Positions 58,433 to 64,000 of a stretch of DNA of 64,000 bases are shown one piece after another. How positions within the stretch are numbered: the first letter of the stretch is position 1; each line of letters opens with the position of its first letter. The notes beneath the pieces were generated by a model. The model made no database searches. It saw only the letters and a list, made by a program, of their open reading frames with translations, and had not been told where the DNA came from. Made by a program: the position numbers and the translations under genes. This stretch comes from Lysobacterales bacterium. GTDB lineage: Bacteria > Pseudomonadota > Gammaproteobacteria > Xanthomonadales > SZUA-5. The stretch lies in assembly GCA_022844165.1 (NCBI GenBank), contig JALHMH010000004.1:1-64000 (forward strand), in the 5' to 3' direction.

Positions 58433-60247
58433 TTAACAACCGCAGGGTCTGGCGTGCAAGCGTCGAAGTAGTGCAGCGCGCAGTTTAGGATTGCGAGGAT
58501 CTTGCATCAGCGGCGCATGCTCCACGCCGACACCGGCGAAATACCAGCGCTGTTGTTCAATTCGCAAACTGCTTTTAACGCTCTTGCGGATGACATACTC
58601 AAGCTGCCCCCGCTCGTCGATGATCAGAGTGCAGCCACCCAGGAACTCGCCAAATCCATGGGCAAATCGTGTCTGCACGAGTTCGACGACATAGCCAAGC
58701 GCCAGTGCACTTTGCGTTGCGCGTCTTCGTAATGCGCGCACCGATTCGATGCGGATCGGTCCAAACTCCTCCGAAGGCAGCGCGAGGCCCAATTTTTCAA
58801 GCTCCGGCTCGCCAGCGTCTCGAAGCGCCTCCAGAAACTGCGCAACGTGATCCGCTTGGGCGATCCGCCAGTCATGTGTGGGTATGGCCGTGGCGAAGTT
58901 GATCGGCGCCCAATTTGCGCCTTCGTTGAGCCAGCCGATTCGACTGAGGCGATGCAACGCAACAACGGGTAGCGAGAGCAATTCCGCGCGATCCCAGAGC
59001 AGTTCGTTTTCATCCAGCGTCAGCACATCGTCGACGGGGATACTATAGCGACGAAACGCAAGAATCAGCGCTTCCCGATAGCCCCATGGGTCGTCGCGAA
59101 CCAGATCGTGATCGGCTGTCACCATGGCCCGCAAGTACTCGCCGAAAGTGACATCGACCGGTGGCAGGTAGTCGATCGCGCGGATACAGATATCGAGAAA
59201 CTGATCGGCCAGATCTGTAGCCGCTTTGGCCAAAAGGTCGATGAGCGCTGCACCAGGTGGACCGTTGCCACGCAATGAGCGCAGGCGTTCGGTCTTGCGT
59301 CGGTAGACAATGCGGAAAGCTTCGAAGACGGCAGTTGACAAAATTGAGCCGCGAGCATGCGGCTCGGTTCCGTGATCGTAGCGAAACCTGGACTTGTTGA
59401 GCGATTCGGGGTCCTCATCGTCGATGACGGCGCGACGCAGCGCACTGGCATTGCCCTGAACGGCCTGACCAAACTCGCGTGCCAGTTCCGACAGCAATTT
59501 GTCGGCGAGGTCGGAAGGATCGTGTTCGATACAGCGTCGGACCTGATCGGGAAAAGCAAAGTGCGAGAACAGTGCCACGAGATCGGCAAAGCCCTCATGG
59601 ATGGCCAGCACATCGACATTCGTTGGCACCAGCATATGGCTGCGAATGCCATCGAGCAAAGCATGCGCCGTCTCATGGACAATCACGTCGAAGGACAACG
59701 CGGTGCTGACTTGGGTGCCGGTTTGCAGTCGGCCGACAGCGTCTGTCGGCGATGGGAAGTAGCCGAAAGCCAGCCGGCGCCCTTCCGGATCGTAGTAGGC
59801 GTTTGCTTCCGGTAAGTCCACGTTGATTTGCAGCCTGCCTTCGAAAGAGAACTCAGGCTCGCGGCCCAAGGCCTTGGCAACTCGGGCGATTGTCCAACTG
59901 GCGACGGCATAGCTCATTTGCTGTGCAAACCCAGGATCGCTCGAAGAGGGCTCCAGTCCGCCGTCAACCAACGCAGCAGGTGTGTTTAAATCGGGAAACG
60001 GCTTGTGCGGAGGACGCACGCGCTTCAGACGCGACGGCCATGCGCCTTCGTCCAGCCGCGACAGCTGCAGGCGGCGTCCAATCCCGTTCTGCAGTGTTTC
60101 GTGGGGAATGGCCAGCACGCCGATCGGCCCGTCGACCTTGGGTAGTTGCGGATCTCGGGTGAAGACGCGCAATAGACGACGTTGCTTCGCCGCTGGCGAA
60201 ACATCATCGATACGTAAGATGCGCTCGCCTGGTACGGTGAGAATCAT
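58433..60247 (-). CDS. thermolysin-like (M4/gluzincin) metallopeptidase without signal peptide
   Basis: EANAYY, DVIVHETAHALLDG (HExxH), AIHEGFADL third ligand, EPHARG. Confidence 0.82.
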   Translation of the reverse strand: MILTVPGERILRIDDVSPAAKQRRLLRVFTRDPQLPKVDGPIGVLAIPHETLQNGIGRRLQLSRLDEGAWPSRLKRVRPPHKPFPDLNTPAALVDGGLEPSSSDPGFAQQMSYAVASWTIARVAKALGREPEFSFEGRLQINVDLPEANAYYDPEGRRLAFGYFPSPTDAVGRLQTGTQVSTALSFDVIVHETAHALLDGIRSHMLVPTNVDVLAIHEGFADLVALFSHFAFPDQVRRCIEHDPSDLADKLLSELAREFGQAVQGNASALRRAVIDDEDPESLNKSRFRYDHGTEPHARGSILSTAVFEAFRIVYRRKTERLRSLRGNGPPGAALIDLLAKAATDLADQFLDICIRAIDYLPPVDVTFGEYLRAMVTADHDLVRDDPWGYREALILAFRRYSIPVDDVLTLDENELLWDRAELLSLPVVALHRLSRIGWLNEGANWAPINFATAIPTHDWRIAQADHVAQFLEALRDAGEPELEKLGLALPSEEFGPIRIESVRALRRRATQSALALGYVVELVQTRFAHGFGEFLGGCTLIIDERGQLEYVIRKSVKSSLRIEQQRWYFAGVGVEHAPLMQDPRNPKLRAALLRRLHARPCGC

Positions 60248-60301
60248 GACGGCATGCTCACACCGGCCCTGCGCCAGAAGTCGCTCATCTCCTTGCTCCA
60301 G

Positions 60302-60979
60302 TCAATTGCTGCTTTGAATTTTGGCGGCCGGCGTAACTGCCGCCGCAGGGGAAACGCCCTTCAAGAGGCGCACGATCAAGCCCATGGCTTCGTAGGAACA
60401 GAGCGCGCCGCGTGCGCTGTTATTGCGGTCTTCGATGAGGCCGCTGATGTCGATGGCCGAGACGCGCGAATCGCTGCCGGGCGCCAGCCCTGCGCTGGCC
60501 ATGCACGGCCTGCCGTCGGTCCCTTCTTTGGGCCCGAGGATTCTCGATTGGGCGGTGATGTCGCCCGGGCAATAAAGTACAACGACCCGTTGCACCGCAC
60601 CGAGTGCGCGCATCGGTATCGTGGATGGGAACTGAGACGAGGCGAAGGCATCCCAGCACAAAGCTGGCGCCAGCATCACCAGGACCGAGTGCGGTGCGTC
60701 GAGCGGAGAATTGCTCCAGCGCTTTTTTGCGCGATCGAGATCGCGATCTGCCAACGCAATCAAGAGCGACCCGCAACCGTCGATGACCGACAACATGGGC
60801 GCATTGGCGTTATTTTCGCCGATAGTCGTTTGGACATCTGTGGGAAACCAAATCGCATCGAGCCGCGCGTCGCTGTTAGGACATCTGAACCCGTGTTCCA
60901 ACAGGACCTTTTGGTTGGACTCGGGATCAAAATTGACTATTCCGCTACCGCTGCTCGCGACCAGAACTTTGTTGGGCAT
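60302..60979 (-). CDS. degenerate alpha/beta hydrolase (DUF900-like)
   Basis: LLEHGF, VMLAPAL..DAF, RVVVLYCPGD, VSAIDIS; lacks the nucleophile-elbow Ser; SD GAGGAG. Confidence 0.55.
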   Translation of the reverse strand: MPNKVLVASSGSGIVNFDPESNQKVLLEHGFRCPNSDARLDAIWFPTDVQTTIGENNANAPMLSVIDGCGSLLIALADRDLDRAKKRWSNSPLDAPHSVLVMLAPALCWDAFASSQFPSTIPMRALGAVQRVVVLYCPGDITAQSRILGPKEGTDGRPCMASAGLAPGSDSRVSAIDISGLIEDRNNSARGALCSYEAMGLIVRLLKGVSPAAAVTPAAKIQSSN

Positions 60980-60993
60980 CGTTGTCTCCTCTC

Positions 60994-63900
60994 TCACCAA
61001 CCTACGTGTTCCAAGATGGGCCGAATCAGCCCACCGCCCCATTGCATGACACCCGGCATCTCCAGCACGACGATGGCCAACGCCAAGATCACAAACGGCG
61101 TCAAGAACGCCGAAATAAAGGTCCAGGAAATGTCGGTGCGACCGGAGGTGTTCGACAACAAGCGGCTCAGCGCTTCATTGCGCTCACACCAGATCAGCGC
61201 GTAACAAAATCCGAATGCGCCCAGCAGGAGATAGCCCAGTGCCACCAGCAGTAAGCCATCGCGCGCACTGATCGGCCAGGCGTAACCGCATGCAATCAAT
61301 GCACCGGCGGCGACAAATGCGCCGTAAAAGCAAAGTCGAATTCGCCTGACCAGATAAGCGGCCAACGTCGCCGCAATCGTCCGATGGGTCAGCGAGTCGA
61401 CGTACTGCTGACTAATTTCTGCCATGCCTCCGACGAAGGCGTTGGCCTGTGTAATTCCCAAGAACTTAAGCGACGGCAGCCAATCATGCTCATCGGCGTT
61501 GAACGGCGACTCGCGGAAGAAAGGCGGTATCCAGCGAAGTCGAACCTCACTTCCGTTGTGAACCAGCGCCGTGGTCGGGAGCACCGCCCAGTCGCCAAGC
61601 CTGAACTTGCCATCGGCGCTCGGCAGCGCTTGCATCATGCGCATCGTCAAGCGGCCGCTGAAGCGTCGCAATTCCGACAGCCACATAGCTGCCTGGAGCA
61701 ACGCGGTCCAAGCCAGCAATCCGAGCAGCGCGGTCGCCGCGAAGGATGCCCAGGCGACCCAAGCCGAATATGGGACGAAGTGCAATCGAGGGCCCGAAAT
61801 GGTCGGTGCGACCACAACGATCAGCGGCAGCAGCGCCAACACACCGACAGCGCCGATCGGACCTCGCGGCAGGCGGACATAGCGGACGAGCAGTTGTTGC
61901 GGATCTCTGATCAGCTCGACGAACCTGGTCGGTGGCTCCTTGTCTCCGTTCGCAATGAAATCGGCCCGCCAGCAGAGCAACCAGGTAGTCAAGAGTACGC
62001 TTCCGATGACGACCGCGGTCAGCAATGGCAGACTGACGCCGTCGAAGATGCTCCCGGCAGAAGAACCCATCAGCTCATAGAGATTCCAAACAGCTGGACC
62101 GCTGGCCACTGCAGTCGCAACACTCAGCAAACATAGCGGCAATTGCGTTAGCGTCATTTCGGTCCAGACGTTCCATCCAGGAGCGAACTTGGCTGTTCTT
62201 ACACTTGCCCAGAAGACGTATCCCAGGCACGCCAAGTTTGTGGTCAGCAAAAGAACTTCTGTGACCGCGGACGACAAGAGAAGAATAGTGAAGCCGGCCA
62301 TCCAGGTTATCAAAGGCATCCAGGCGCGCATGGTCGACGACGCGCCAGGGGTTGGGCCGCCCTCCCCGGGCAGAGTGCCGGAGAGCACAATCGCAAAGAG
62401 GACAAAGGCAAAAAGCACCAAGGCAAGGAGCGACATGAACACGGCTCCTCGTCCAGCTAATTTGGCTTCCAATGCCTTCTCTGAAGCGTCCGCCAGAGAC
62501 CTTGTTGTTGCGGTATGGAAAAGCGGCGGAAAACCAACGCTGATTCGAAGCGTTGACTGATTGCACCATCTTGTGCAAGCTTTTTCTTCGATGCCCAAAG
62601 ATCGAACAAGGCAAAACAGCAGCGCCTGGTCGTCGGTGGAAAACGACTCATAGCTAGGAGTTTGGCCGTGGCTGTGGATCTCAAACTCCAGCGGATGCGA
62701 TGCCAACATCACGGCACCACGCGTGGCATGCGCGACGCTCGAGTGCGACATCAAGACATCGGCCTCTAAGTCGATGAATAAGGCTTGCGGCAGCTCACCG
62801 CGCAACCGCTGCATCAGAAAGATCCGATCTCTGACATCGGTGGCGGCGATCACGACGATGCGTGGCCTGACATTGATTTTGATGTGGCGGATTGCCTGTT
62901 CAAGTTCGAGTTCGGCGCTGGCGATGGTGGTCGACGCTTGCGTACTTTCTGGAAACTCCGAGCCGTTTTCGGCACCGGGCGCCAGGTCGAGCAGCGAGTG
63001 GGAGTTGGGCAGTCCAAGCGCATCGCGCGCTATCGCTTCGGCACGCCGTTCGCGTTCACGGGCGCCGTGTCGGATGTCGGCGATGTTGGCTGGAAAATGG
63101 ACCTCTAATGCGCGCTGACACAGCTCAAGCTTGGACTCGTCGGCGCAAACTCCGCTGCCAAAAACCGACGCTTCGGAGAAGATCGCGACGTCACGAGATT
63201 GCGCGTTTGGCTGCTCCGGCAACACACCATTGCTGACGAGGCGAGCATGCAGATTCTCGAGCTTGACGTCGTCCGGAACTGCAAATGACCGATAGCTGAA
63301 ACCGCCGTACCGCTTAGCCGCATGTTCGTTACTGGAAGACGTCGCAGCGGCCGACACCAGCGTCATCGTCGGCAGCTCACCCGGACGGGTTTGAATGCCA
63401 CGCAGCATTTGAATCGCCGCACTCAGCGGCTTGCAAGCAGCATCGGACTTCCAGCGCTCCTTCAGCCGCTTAACGCCATCGTTGGAGACGCGCCTTGGTC
63501 GATGCTCGGCGAGCAGTGCGGTGAACTCACTGGTGAACAGTGCGAGCTTGCGCCGTTCACGTGCACGACAACGGGTGTCCAATTGAGTGTCCGATTGAGC
63601 GTCTGCACGGGCGTGGCGCAGATGCGCTTCCAGCTTACGAAACGCATCGTGCTGAACCCGATCGATTCGTTCGTAGCGCTTGTGGCTTGATCGCAAGAGC
63701 GCGAAGGCACTGGCGATCGAGGACATTGAGCCGGAAAAAGCGGGACCGATCACCAGCACCGGTTTGACGTCTTCGTGCGTGACTAAAGCCAGCTGGTCTG
63801 GAGGACAGGTGGACTGACGTGTTGGCGTGAACGAACCAGGGATCGGTGCGTTGTCGAACGTCAATGCACGCTGCGGCAGGCATCCATCCCGACCGAGCGC

Positions 63901-64000
63901 CTTCCAGTGCGCCCGTCCAACGGCGTTGGCAAAGGCTTCTCGTTGCACGCCGAAGGAACCCGACTCGCCCACCACGTACAGTGCTCGGACAATGAAGCCC
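60994..64000 (-). CDS. large membrane protein: type-I periplasmic-binding (Venus flytrap)-like region plus about 10 TM helices; 5' end probably outside the window
   Basis: VIGPAFSGS, LVSAAATSS, YRSFAVPDD, VAIFSEASVFG, IAATDVRDRIFL; about 10 hydrophobic segments in the C-terminal half. Confidence 0.75.
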   Translation of the reverse strand, partial: GFIVRALYVVGESGSFGVQREAFANAVGRAHWKALGRDGCLPQRALTFDNAPIPGSFTPTRQSTCPPDQLALVTHEDVKPVLVIGPAFSGSMSSIASAFALLRSSHKRYERIDRVQHDAFRKLEAHLRHARADAQSDTQLDTRCRARERRKLALFTSEFTALLAEHRPRRVSNDGVKRLKERWKSDAACKPLSAAIQMLRGIQTRPGELPTMTLVSAAATSSSNEHAAKRYGGFSYRSFAVPDDVKLENLHARLVSNGVLPEQPNAQSRDVAIFSEASVFGSGVCADESKLELCQRALEVHFPANIADIRHGARERERRAEAIARDALGLPNSHSLLDLAPGAENGSEFPESTQASTTIASAELELEQAIRHIKINVRPRIVVIAATDVRDRIFLMQRLRGELPQALFIDLEADVLMSHSSVAHATRGAVMLASHPLEFEIHSHGQTPSYESFSTDDQALLFCLVRSLGIEEKACTRWCNQSTLRISVGFPPLFHTATTRSLADASEKALEAKLAGRGAVFMSLLALVLFAFVLFAIVLSGTLPGEGGPTPGASSTMRAWMPLITWMAGFTILLLSSAVTEVLLLTTNLACLGYVFWASVRTAKFAPGWNVWTEMTLTQLPLCLLSVATAVASGPAVWNLYELMGSSAGSIFDGVSLPLLTAVVIGSVLLTTWLLCWRADFIANGDKEPPTRFVELIRDPQQLLVRYVRLPRGPIGAVGVLALLPLIVVVAPTISGPRLHFVPYSAWVAWASFAATALLGLLAWTALLQAAMWLSELRRFSGRLTMRMMQALPSADGKFRLGDWAVLPTTALVHNGSEVRLRWIPPFFRESPFNADEHDWLPSLKFLGITQANAFVGGMAEISQQYVDSLTHRTIAATLAAYLVRRIRLCFYGAFVAAGALIACGYAWPISARDGLLLVALGYLLLGAFGFCYALIWCERNEALSRLLSNTSGRTDISWTFISAFLTPFVILALAIVVLEMPGVMQWGGGLIRPILEHVGW

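Overview
GC-rich bacterial chromosomal DNA. Gene content and order suggest Xanthomonadales/Lysobacterales (inference). About 1-27.6 kb is mostly intact housekeeping genes: UPF0149-pepP, a CPA2 antiporter, tRNA-Ala and tRNA-Glu, the large NAD-glutamate dehydrogenase, purB, roxA/ycfD, a zrgABCD-like zinc operon with a Zur-like box, a degenerate DEAD-box protein, DUF2339, a 5'-nucleotidase, trmJ and leuB. This part also holds several MITE families, most bounded by CTAG-like tetranucleotides, including four elements stacked end to end at a stop codon. About 27.8-58.1 kb is a scrambled accessory mosaic: truncated, frameshifted and chimeric genes, several diverged internal duplications, REPIN-like elements at breakpoints, toxin-antitoxin debris, a TIR-like/NDT-like/TM candidate defence gene, and secreted proteins sharing a C-terminal F-x-[ND]-G-F-E tag. 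No intact transposase or integrase was recognised. The last 5.6 kb is an apparently intact minus-strand operon that runs out of the window. It encodes a Venus-flytrap-like domain fused to about 10 TM helices, an apparently inactive DUF900-like alpha/beta hydrolase and a thermolysin-like (M4) protease without a signal peptide. This operon is the best candidate for an undescribed system. All family assignments come from motif recognition by eye; no searches were run.
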